NCBI GenBank assembly: GCA_963575745.1
Contig: CAUYUJ010000081.1
Span: 186,001-250,000 of the forward strand
Direction: 5' to 3'
Source: Prorocentrum cordatum
Taxonomy: Eukaryota
Length of the DNA stretch: 64,000 nt
Positions 50,140-60,194 of this stretch are shown here, one piece after another. Positions within the stretch are counted from its first letter, which is position 1. The number at the start of each line of letters is the position of its first letter. The translations under genes were made by a program, and so were the position numbers. Below the pieces are notes generated by a model. It saw only the letters and a list, made by a program, of their open reading frames with translations. It ran no database searches and was not told the DNA's origin.

Positions 50140-53100
50140 TGGCGTGGCGGAGAAATGCTCTCCTCATCGGAGGGCTGTTCAACTTCTGTGCGATGCTTTC
50201 AGAGATCGCCAACTGCCGAGCCAGGAAAATGTGTCCCAGACTGCGCCGCCCTGCCCGCTGTAGCACTTCCGCGTTCGTGATTCGGCTGCGACGCAAACAT
50301 GAAATGCGGACTGTGGTCCACAAGCATCGCGCCTGAAACGCATCCTGGTCTGAAAGCTCTGCGCTATTGCGCCACGCTGTGCAAGCAACACATTAGCCTG
50401 GCGACGGACCCAACCATATCCAGCTGTGGGTATCGCATCAGTGAGTGTCGTCTTCAGTGGAGCTCCCCATGGGGCCACGAAGCGCTGCACTCAGAGGGGG
50501 AAATGCATGCGGACACCACCACTGAGGCGTTCGGTGAAACCCCTTGTGGGGCCACAAAACACTGTACTGGGTGGGGAAACCGCATGCGGACACCGCCACT
50601 AGGGCCTTCGATGGAACTCCCGATGGGGCCACAGAACCCTGTACTGGATGGGGGAGCCGCATGCGGACACTGCTACTGAGGCCATCGGTGGAGCTCCCTA
50701 TGGGGCCACGCAGCGCTGTCCTGGATGAGGGAACAGCATGCGGACACCGCCACTGAGGCCTTCGATGGAGCTCCCTATGGGGCCACAAACCGCTGTACTG
50801 GATGGGGGAACCGCATGCGTAACACTGCCACTGAGACCTTCGGTGGAGCTCCCTATGAAGCCACCAAACGCTGTACTGGGTGGGGAGCCGCATGCGGACA
50901 CCGCCACTGCGGCCTTCGGTCGAGCCCCACATTGGGCCACGAAACGCTGCACTGCGTGGGGAACCGCATGCAGACACCGCTACAGGGGCCGTCGGTGGAG
51001 CTACCCATGGGGCCACGAAATGATCTACTGGGTAAGGCCGCGAAGTGCTGCACTGGGTGGGGGAGCTGCATGTGGACACTGCCACTGGTGCGTTCGGTGG
51101 AACTCCCTATGGGACTACGAAACGCTGTACTGGGTGGGCGAAACGTGTGAGGGCACCGCCACTGAGGCCTTCGGTGGAGCTGCTCACTAGGGGGCCGCGA
51201 AACGCGGCACTGGGTGGGAGAATCACATGCGGACGCCGCCACTGAGGCCTTCGGTGGAGGCCCCTGTGGAGCCACGAACCGCTGCACTGGGTGGGCGAAC
51301 CACATGCAGACACCGCCAATGAGGCCTGAGGCAAAGCTCCCGATAGAGCCACGAAACGTTACACTGGGAGGGGGGACCACATGCCGACACCGCCATTGAG
51401 GCCTTCAGCGGAGCTCCCTTCCGGGCCACGAAACGCTGTACTGGGTGGGGGAAGCGCATGCGGACATCGCCACTGAGGCCTTCGGAGGAGCCCCTTATGG
51501 GGCAACGAAACGCTGTACGTGGGGGAACCGCATGCGGACGCCGCCACTGAGGCCTTCGGTGGAGCTCCCTATGGGGGCCACATAACCCTGTACTGGATGG
51601 GGGAGCCGCATGCGGACACTTCCACTGGCGCCTTCGGTGGAACTGCCTGTGGGGGCCACGAAGCGTCGCACTGGGTGGGCGAACCGCATGCGGCAACCGC
51701 CACTGTGGCCGTCGGTGGAGATCCCTTTTGGGCCACGGAACGTTGTACTGGGTGGGTGAAGCGCATGCGGACACCGCCACTGTGGCCTTCGGTGGAGCTC
51801 CCTATGGGGCCACGAAGCGCTGTACTGGGCTGGGTGAACCACATGCGAACACCGCCACTCAGGCCGTCGGTGGAGCCCTTTATGGGACCACGAAACGCGT
51901 CACGAACCGCATTGCAGACATCGCCACTGAGGCCTGCGGCTGAGCTTCCTATGTGGCCACGCAACGCTGTACTGGGTGGGGGAACCGCATGCGGACACCG
52001 CCACTGAGGCCTTCGGTGGAACTCCCCGTGTGGCCACGAAACGCTGCAGTGGGTGGGGGGAATCGCATGCGGACACCGCCACTCAGGCCGTCGGTGGAAC
52101 TCTCCAGTGGGCCTCGAAACGCTGTACTGGGTGGGGGAGCCGCATGCGGACACCGCCATTGAGACCGTCGGTGGGGCTCTCTATAGGGGGCCACGAAAAA
52201 CGAAACGCTGTACTAACTGGGGAAACTGCATGCGGACACCGCCACAAGGGCATTCGGTGGAATCCCCACGGGGCCACGAAGCGCTGTACTTGGGTGGGGA
52301 AACCGAATGCGGACACCGCCACTGAGACCCTCGGTTGAACTCACTATGGGGACACGAAGGGGGGACCGCATGCGGACACCGCCACTGGGGCAAAAGGTGG
52401 GTTTCCCCATGTGGCCACGAAACGCTGTACTGGGTGGGGGGGGGGACCGCATGCGGACACAGCAACTGAGGCCTTCGGTGGAACTCCCTATGGGGCCGCG
52501 AAACGCTGTACTGGATGGGGGAACCGCATGCGGGCACCGCCACTGGGGCCGAAGGTGGGTTTCCCCATGGGGCCACGAGGCGCTGTACTGGGTGGGGGGA
52601 CCGTATGTGGACACCGCCGCTGTGGCCTACGGTGGAGCTCCCGATAGGGCCACGAAACGCTGTACGGGGTTGGGGAACTGCATGCGGACACCGCCACTGG
52701 CGCCTTCGGCGGGGCTCCCCATGGAGCCTCGAAACGCTGTACTGGGTGGGGGGACGCATGCGGACACCGCCACTGAGGCCTTTGGTGGAGCTCCCCATGG
52801 GGCCACGGAACGTGTGAGTGGTGTGCCGAAATGGTGGGCATGCGGAGAGCAGAGGCACGGACGGGAGGAGGGAGGAGGGGGAGGAGAAGGAAGGAAGGAA
52901 GGAAGGAAGGAAGGAAGGAAGGAAGGAACGCTGTATCAAAACGAGGACACAACGCCACAGGCTGCTGTTTGAAAAAAAACTTGCTGGCCACGCATGCATA
53001 GACGATCTGGAGACTGCTCAGGGTGATGATCGCAGAGTGTGATTTTACCCGCGATGTAGTATCAACCTCCAGTCTGGCTACCTCGAATCTGTGGCTGCTG

Positions 53101-53300
53101 TCCACAAGCGTCGCCATTACAAATACAAGCCCCCACTCGGCCCTTTGGTAGACAGATACCTGCACAGCAGCTTGCAGTAACATCCAAATCGCCCTCTCCT
53201 TCAAACAAAGCAGACATGAATACTCCTCTCCTCCCCCCTGATCGTACGCTATGGTGCCACCGCCTCTCCCGCGTATGTGTTTCCACACCCAGGTTGCACG
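50140..53300 (-). pseudogene. LINE reverse-transcriptase C-terminal region split by the 77-bp-repeat element
   Basis: The right flank encodes ..LQIVYACVASK. The left flank encodes RLMCCL..TAW...DAFQARCL...SRITNAEVLQRAG...RQL, a pattern typical of the post-RT region. Confidence 0.6.
50409..52979 (+). mobile_element. Element A: ~31 x 77-bp tandem repeat body with conserved head and tail and an A8 end
   Basis: Unit GCGGACACCGCCACTGAGGCCTTCGGTGGAGCTCCCTATGGGGCCACGAAACGCTGTACTGGGTGGGGGAACCGCAT. Head CCCAACCATATCCAGCTGTG, tail TCAAAACGAGGACACAAC...GAAAAAAAA. Confidence 0.8.
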
Positions 53301-54420
53301 AGTTGGCATCTCCAGTGTTCTTTCCGGTCGGAAGGTCCTGGGCCCTTTACGACTTGTGCTCCTGTTTGCAGCGTGGCCCGCAATTCAGGATCGGCGATGT
53401 GCTCCCGCAGTTCAGAACGGCACTCTCGCCCCCGCGAGGGACATATTTATGGATTTCTGGATCCGAATCGATCCCCCACTCGTTGTTGCCGCCCCCTCTG
53501 CCTTTTCCTCGCCTGCCCCTTCTGCTGATCAGAGAGAGAGAGAGAAAGGGGAAGAGACAGCGAGCGACTATATATATATATATGTATGAATATGAATGCG
53601 AAAGGTCGGAGATAGAGAGAGAGAGAGAGAGAACAACACAGCAAGAGGAGCCACTGTACCGACTTGAGACATAATCACGAAACAGTTCGAACTATATGAA
53701 TGACATGACAGGCACAACTTCGGCCTGCAGGGCCGAGCCGCGGTAGTAGCGCCCTCGTCTCTGCGCCTCTCAGCGCGCGGCTCACTTTCGCCCGCAAGCT
53801 TGTGGAGGGGACGGTGGAGGCTGGCAACCGAGGATAAGCATGTGGAACCATCCTCAAATCCTGCCTGGCACCAAGTCTCAACTAGAGCTGCTTCTCTCCC
53901 ACCTTCAAACTACCAATCAACAAGGAAACGTCACGAATCTCCCCAAGAAACTTCACGCTCACTGCTTCACCTGACGGCTCTCGTGGCGCACCCGCAGTCT
54001 TCTCACGATCACGATGGCGGGTCACAGGGCAGTCCCCCATGGTTGCACACGAAGCCATGAGGCAGTCGAGGTGTGCGTAGCAACACGCTGACCCAGGGAC
54101 CGTCACCATCGACGACGCCCGAGTGCGGAGGGAGAACCAACATGTCTTCGTGGCGCTGCAGCCTCCGCGGAGCCGACGGAGCCCAGATGCAGGGATCAGA
54201 GACCCTGCGGCTGTCTGGCCAGACGACCTCTGGGCCGATAGTGTCGGAACTCGACTGCACGGGGACCAGGGGGGCTCAGGAGATGGAGAGACAGCGACAG
54301 AATATAGAGAAATAGAAAAAGAACGAGAACGGGAGGGAGAGAAAGAGAGAGAGAGAGAGAACAAAAACAAGACTCACAACTAATGAGAATTAGCCCGGCC
54401 AAAAATATCCGGGCGAACGA

Positions 54421-55230
54421 CCCAGCCGTATGCAGCTGTGAGTACCGCGTTGTGGGTACCGCTCTCGGTGCAACCCCCTATGAGGTCACGATCCTCCTGA
54501 TGGGTGTGCCGAACTGGGCGGGTGCACGCATGCAAACCCTGCCGCTGGGGCCTTCGGTGGAGCTCCCTATGGGGCCACGATCCTCGTGAGGGGTGTGCCG
54601 AAATCGGCTGGGGGGGGCATGCAAACCCTGCCGCTGGGGCCTTCGGTGGAGCTCCCTGCGGGGCCACGATCCTCGTGAGGGGTGTGCCAAAATGGGCGGG
54701 GGCATTTGATGGAGCTCCCTATGGGAACGCGATCCTCGTGAGGGGTGTGCCGAAATGTGGCGGGGGACGCATGCAAACCCTGCCACTGGGGATTTCGATG
54801 GAGCTCCCTATGGGGCCATGATCCTCGGGAGGGGTGTACCAAAGTGGTTCGGGGAAACGAATGCAAACCCTGCCGCTGGGGCCTTCGGTGGAGCTCCCTA
54901 TGGGGCCACGATCCTCCTGATGGGTGTGCCGAAATGGGCGGGGGACGCATGCAAACCCTGCCGCTGGGGCCTTCCGTGGAGCTCCCTATGGGGCCACGAT
55001 CCTCGTGAGGGGTGTGCCGAAATAGAGGGAACGCATGCAAACCCTGCCGCTGGGGCCGAATGGGGCCACGATCCTCGTGAGGGGTGTGCCGACATGGTGG
55101 ACATGTGGCGAGCAGAAGCAGGAGTGGGAGAAGGGAGGAGGGGGAGGGGGCAGCGTGAGGTGAGGTGAGGTGAGACGCGGGGCGCTGTCTCTTCAAAACG
55201 AGGACCCAACATCGCAGGATGGTTGGGAAA
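54421..55230 (+). mobile_element. Element B: same head and tail, variant 77-bp repeat
   Basis: Head CCCAGCCGTATGCAGCTGTGAGTA, tail TCTTCAAAACGAGGACCCAACATCGCAGGATGGTTGGGAAA. Confidence 0.75.
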
Positions 55231-55784
55231 CACCAGCCATATGCAATTGTGAGTAGCGCGATGATCGGCTTCGGTGGAGCTCCCTATGGGGCCAAAGGAC
55301 CGTGTGAGGGATGTACCAAAATAACTGCGTTGTGGGCGCATGCGAACGCGTGTGAGGGGTGTGCCGAAATAGGTGCGGTGGCGCCATGCGAGCGGAACCA
55401 CTGGCGCCTTCGGTGAAGATCCCCATGGGGCCACGAAACGTGTGAGGGGTGTCCCCCAATGGGTGCGGTGGCGCCATGCGAACGCAGCCACTGGGGCCTT
55501 CGGAGGAACCTCCTCATGGGGCCACGAAGCATGTGAGGGGTGCCGAAATGGGTGCGGTGGCGCCATGCGAGCGTAGCCACTGGGGCCTTCGGTGGAGCTC
55601 CCTGGTTACGAGGTCACGAAACGAAATTATGAAGGGTGTGCAGAAATGAGCGGCTGGGACGTTGACGATGAGGAGGAAAGGGAGGAGGGGGAGGAAGACA
55701 GGAGCAGAAGGAGGAGGATGAGGAGGGACGCGGGGCACGATCTCTTCAAAACGAAGACCCAACACGACAGGATGGTTGTGAAAA
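55231..55784 (+). mobile_element. Element C: same head and tail, abutting element B
   Basis: Head CACCAGCCATATGCAATTGTGAGTA, tail TCTTCAAAACGAAGACCCAACACGACAGGATGGTTGTGAAAA. Confidence 0.75.
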
Positions 55785-57062
55785 GCCCAACAGCTCGGAG
55801 CTTCCATCCTGGGTCCCTCCACTCGCTCCAAGGACCGAATCAAGGCATGAACTCCCTTCTTATTCCTACCACTTCTCTGCATCTGGGGACATCACCATGC
55901 TAACAAACATTGTGAACCACATTGACGATGGACAGATCGATCTTTAAGGTGACCCCAGAGAAGGGCACCCAGCCATCACTCCAGACGAAATGAGAAATAC
56001 CTAAGACGCCCCCAAAAGCCTCGCAAGACGGCCCAGGAACCCCCAGAAGACCCCTCAGCTGGCCCCAGACGCCCCACGCAGCCGCCAAGAGGAGGAGGCG
56101 AAGGAGGAGGAGGGGAAGGAGGAGGAGCGACACTGGCCAGCAAGCGAAGGGCGGACAGGGAGAGAAAGACGTCCGAAGGGCAGCGGACCTCATGTTCTCC
56201 ACTGTTGCTTCTTCGCCGAGGCGGAGGAGGACAAGGAGGAGGAGGAGGAGGGGGAGTAGAGGAGGGGGAGGAGGAGGAGGAGGAGGAGGAGGAGGAGGAG
56301 GAGGAGGAGGAGGAGGAGGAGGAGAAGGAAGAGGAGGAGGAGGAGGAGGAGGGGGAGTAGAGGAGGGGGAAGAGGAGGAGGAGGAGGAGGAGGAGGAGGA
56401 GGAGGAGGCGGAGGAGGAGGAGGGGCCCTTGCGCCCGAAAATGCTGGCCACTGGCCCGCAGCCCGCTGCACATCGCGGACATCGTCCCCGCCCTCCGCGA
56501 GCCGGCTTGCGCACCTGCCACTTCCGCTGCCACGCCCCCGAACTCTGCCCCCCACGGGGCCCTGGGCCCTGAACTGCATAGCCTGAGCAGGAGGCCCCGC
56601 GCGGCAGACGTCAGGAAGCATCGATGCTCCGCGACCACCGCAGAGAGAAGAACAAGTGTTCCTCGATGCTCCTCGGTGCTCCCCACTGCTCCTCGACCTC
56701 TCTGGTACTCCTCGGTGCGACGCGAGACGGCGCCGAGGGGCCAGGCCCCCGGGTCCTGGGCGAGGAGCTCGCCGTTGGAGGAGATGCCCAGCCACGGGTC
56801 TGGACCTCGGACGGCGGGCGCCCCCAGTCGGACCAGTCGAACCACCGCCAAAACAGCCATCGGCCACGGTGGGGGGCGTGGCGGCCGCAGCCTCGACGGT
56901 CGGCATGCGAGGCTCGCAGGATCGCTGCAGGATGCATGCCCCTGGCCCTCGCTCCTCCTCCTCCTGCTCTTCCTCCTCCTCCTCCTCCCCCTCCACCTCC
57001 CCCTGCCCCTCCTCCTCCTCCTCCTCCTCCTCCTCCTCCTCCTCCGCCTCCTCCGCCTCTTT

Positions 57063-57084
57063 TCCGTAGCCATTTTGGCTCAAG
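57063..57084 (+). other. Perfect dinoflagellate spliced-leader sequence (DinoSL)
   Basis: TCCGTAGCCATTTTGGCTCAAG matches DCCGTAGCCATTTTGGCTCAAG at 22/22, immediately after (CCT)n. Confidence 0.95.
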
Positions 57085-57262
57085 TCCGTGGCGGGAGGCT
57101 CAGCGACTTGAGGGTGGCAAGGGGGAGGTGCGCCCCCACCTGCGATCCCTGGGCCTTCGTCCAGGTTGTTTTCACACACGGCCTCACGGCCACTCCGCGG
57201 TTGTACATGTTGCCTCACTGGCACAACATCTTCCGGTTCTGGGTGAGCTCCTGGAGGAGCCC

Positions 57263-58411
57263 ATGGGCAAGGATGCCGGCAAAGGCTACCTCTCTTGCTC
57301 AAGCTGCCGATACCGCTGGAACTGGAAGTCGCGTGAAAGTTGCTTCTCCTGTGGCAATGCGTTGGTCCCCTCGTCGCCGATGCCGTGGCGCCAGGCCAAA
57401 GGAGTTTGGTCGCCTGGCGATGATGGTGGTGGCCAACAAGGGCCCGCGCACCCGCCAGGGACCTGGGCACCCAGCCGCCTGGAGGCACCGAAGGTCTCGA
57501 CGCCACCACAGCGAGGGGCGGCCCCGCAACCGACAGTGGCGGAGATCCTCAAGCAGCTCCAGCAGCATGTCAAGGCGGACGCAGGTGCGCAGGAGCTGCA
57601 GGCCTTGGTCAGGGTTGTGGCGCCGCCCGCGCCCGCGCAGCCAGCCCGCCAGTCGCTGTTGGAGGAAACCATCAGTGCGAAGGGAGTGGCGTGCAGGAGG
57701 GCGGAGAAGGCCCTGGAGCACGCGGTCCGCCAGGAGGATGAGGCGCGGCGCTGGCTGGCGGAGCGCAGCCAGAAGACCCAGGAAGCGGCAGTTTGGGCGG
57801 TGCAGGTCAAGACTGCCTGGCAAGAGGAGCTCAAGGTCGAGCTGCAGAAGGCCCGTGGCTCGAGGCCTGGTGCGGGGCCTCCGCCAGATGCGGTGCATAT
57901 GCCGACTGGCTCCCAGATCAACCTGTCGCAGTTGCTTGGGGAGGAGAGTGGCTTCGAAGGCGTGGAAATCGTGGACGGCGAGGCTCTCGACCTCAGCGAG
58001 CCGGGGATTGATGACGAGGACAAGCAGCGGTGGCTCGCCCTCAAAAGCAACATGGCGACGGAGATCCAGAAGGCAAGTGTTGCTGCCATCGGGCCCAGCG
58101 CTGGCAACATTCAGCGGCTCAGAGCTGATGCCAGAGACATGCGGAAACGCTCGTCGGCCAAACGTGCCCGCCAGCCCGACCGCGGCGATGGCACCAGTGC
58201 CGCCGCCGCCCAGCCTGGGACGCCACCCGCATCGGCGCCTGGGGCTCATCCTGCGGCTGGTGCTGCCGTGTCTGGTGCTGAGTTTGCAGTGCCTGAGTCG
58301 GCGGCCACGACACCCTCGGGGGGAGCCGACACTCCCAGCACCCAAGAGCTGCAAGCTGCTGTCGAAGCGGCAAGAGCCAAGCTGGCCGAGGGCAGTGGGT
58401 CGGGCCTCTAG
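57263..58411 (+). CDS. LINE ORF1-like protein (382 aa): N-terminal C4 zinc finger and coiled coil
   Basis: Open frame from ATG 57263: MGKDAGKGYLSCSSCRYRWNWKSRESCFSCG (RanBP2-like finger), then a helical charged region. Confidence 0.75.
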   Translation: MGKDAGKGYLSCSSCRYRWNWKSRESCFSCGNALVPSSPMPWRQAKGVWSPGDDGGGQQGPAHPPGTWAPSRLEAPKVSTPPQRGAAPQPTVAEILKQLQQHVKADAGAQELQALVRVVAPPAPAQPARQSLLEETISAKGVACRRAEKALEHAVRQEDEARRWLAERSQKTQEAAVWAVQVKTAWQEELKVELQKARGSRPGAGPPPDAVHMPTGSQINLSQLLGEESGFEGVEIVDGEALDLSEPGIDDEDKQRWLALKSNMATEIQKASVAAIGPSAGNIQRLRADARDMRKRSSAKRARQPDRGDGTSAAAAQPGTPPASAPGAHPAAGAAVSGAEFAVPESAATTPSGGADTPSTQELQAAVEAARAKLAEGSGSGL

Positions 58412-58451
58412 GGCTCAGCAGCTGTCAGGCAGGTGGCGTGCGTCTTTTTTT

Positions 58452-59260
58452 TTCGGGGCTGGCGGCCCCTGGGGGGCCCGTTGAAGGGCAGACCCTAAAG
58501 GCGGGCAGCGGGTCCTGGATCGAGGCCGCAGACGCGCGGGTGGTCGATGCCTTCGATCGGATCCAGCCTCCACCTTGGGCTGCAGACGTGCAGGTGGTCG
58601 AAGCCAAGGTGGAGCGGTCTTGCCCCCATCACCGCATGCGAGGCGGTGGCGCGCTGGTGTTTCGGGGCTGGCGGTCCTTGGGGAGCCCATGGAAGGGCAG
58701 ACCCTAAAGGCAGGCAGCGGGTCCTTGATCGATGCCGCAGACGTGCGGGTGGTCGATGCCTTCGATCAGATCCAGCCTCCACCTTGGGCTGCAGACGCGC
58801 AGGTGGTCGATGCCCCAAGTTGGAGCGGCCTAGCCCCCACGGTGCATACGAGGCGGTGGCGCGCTGGTTAGTCGGGGCTGGCGGCCCCTGGGGAGCCCGT
58901 GGAAGGGCAGACCCTAAAAGGCAGGCAGCGGGTCTTGGATTGGAGCCACAGTCGAGTGGGTGGCCGATGCCTTCGATCAGACTCAGCCGCCACCCTGGGC
59001 TGCTGACGTGCAGGTGGTCGACGCCCCAGCGTGGGGCGGCCTAGCCCCCTCGCAGCAGTGGAGGCGGCGGCGCGCAGGAGGTTCGGGGCTGGTGCCCCCT
59101 GGGGAGCCCGCTGGAGGGCAGGCCCTCAAAGGACGGCAGCGGGTCTTGGATCGAGGCCGCAGACGTGCGGGTGGTCGATGCCTTCGATCAGACCCAGCCT
59201 CCTTCCTGGGCTGCGGACGTGCAGATGGTCGGTGCCCCAGGTCGGAGCGGCCCCCCCGCC
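58452..59260 (+). repeat. 4 x ~210-bp tandem repeat between ORF1 and the endonuclease domain
   Basis: Units start near 58452, 58661, 58871 and 59082 (TCGGGGCTGG..GGGCAGACCCTAAA..GTGGTCGATGCCTTCGATC). Confidence 0.9.
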
Positions 59261-59273
59261 CACATCTCGAAGA

Positions 59274-60194
59274 TTGGATTTCCAGCTGGTCAACTACAAC
59301 AGCAGTTCGTGGTCTACGGCTCAGAATCACATGGGATGGGCCTTGAACGTGGAAGATTTGGTGCTCGATGCCTTATTTAATCAAGAACATAGGCTGGAAC
59401 TGGAACAGTTCAAAGCGGCTCGCAGTTGGGGTCACACTGCAGGATACATGCCATGGTTCGCGGAAGCGGCGCGAACGGGAGCGGGGCGCCGAGAGACGTC
59501 TGGAAGGACGGCCATCGCAAGTAAGACTCATTTGGGCAGCAACGGGCATGGGCAGAGCAGCTGGTCTGAGAGGCTCTGCACTGTCAAGGTCATGTTGCAC
59601 CATTCCTTCCCGTCCACTTTTGTTTCAGTGTACGGTCACACCACGCTTGGGCCCTCAGGCGCCAACCTTACGTTTGTAGAGGGGCTCAGGGAAGCAGTGG
59701 CCTTGGTGGGCTGCCCATTTGTTCTAGGAGCAGACTGGAACACTGATGCGGGGCAGTTGACTACATCCCAATGGGCAGTTCTCCTTGGGGCGACAGTGGT
59801 CAGGCCCCCAGGAGAGACGAGCCACAGTAACGGGTGCGACTTTTTTGGGGTCGGCCGCGGTCTCGAATTGCATGGCGAAGAGTGCATTGAGCAGCCTAAC
59901 ACGCCAGTTGGGCCTCATTCTGCAGCTGTGCTTCAATTCAAGCAGGTGGCTGGACAGGCCAATGCTTGGGCGCGAGTGGTGCCTCGTAGGTTCCCGTTGC
60001 CCAAGGATGAAGAGGAGAAGGCCCGCATGCAGTGGGACCCCAGCCAGCAGTCGCCCCTATTTGGCTGGGCTTCGCTCTCGCCCCAAGCAGCGATGGAGCA
60101 GGTATTCGACGCTGCCGAGTTGGCCCGCGGTTGCCTTCATGAGCTTGATGACAAGCAGTTTTCAAGGGCTGCCAAATTCAGGCAGGGCCGCTAG
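59274..60194 (+). pseudogene. LINE ORF2 APE endonuclease domain
   Basis: LVNYN, NQEHRL, VSVYG, GADWN, DFF and GPHSA in APE order. There is a premature stop at 60194. Confidence 0.8.

Noticed and set aside
50430..52810. CRISPR array or repeat protein gene
   Set aside because: The whole 77-bp unit is repeated with no unique spacers. The period is not a multiple of 3, and the ORFs switch frames.
57063..57130. SL RNA gene
   Set aside because: The SL is followed by TCCGTG rather than the GT donor of an SL RNA intron, and it leads into a LINE ORF.
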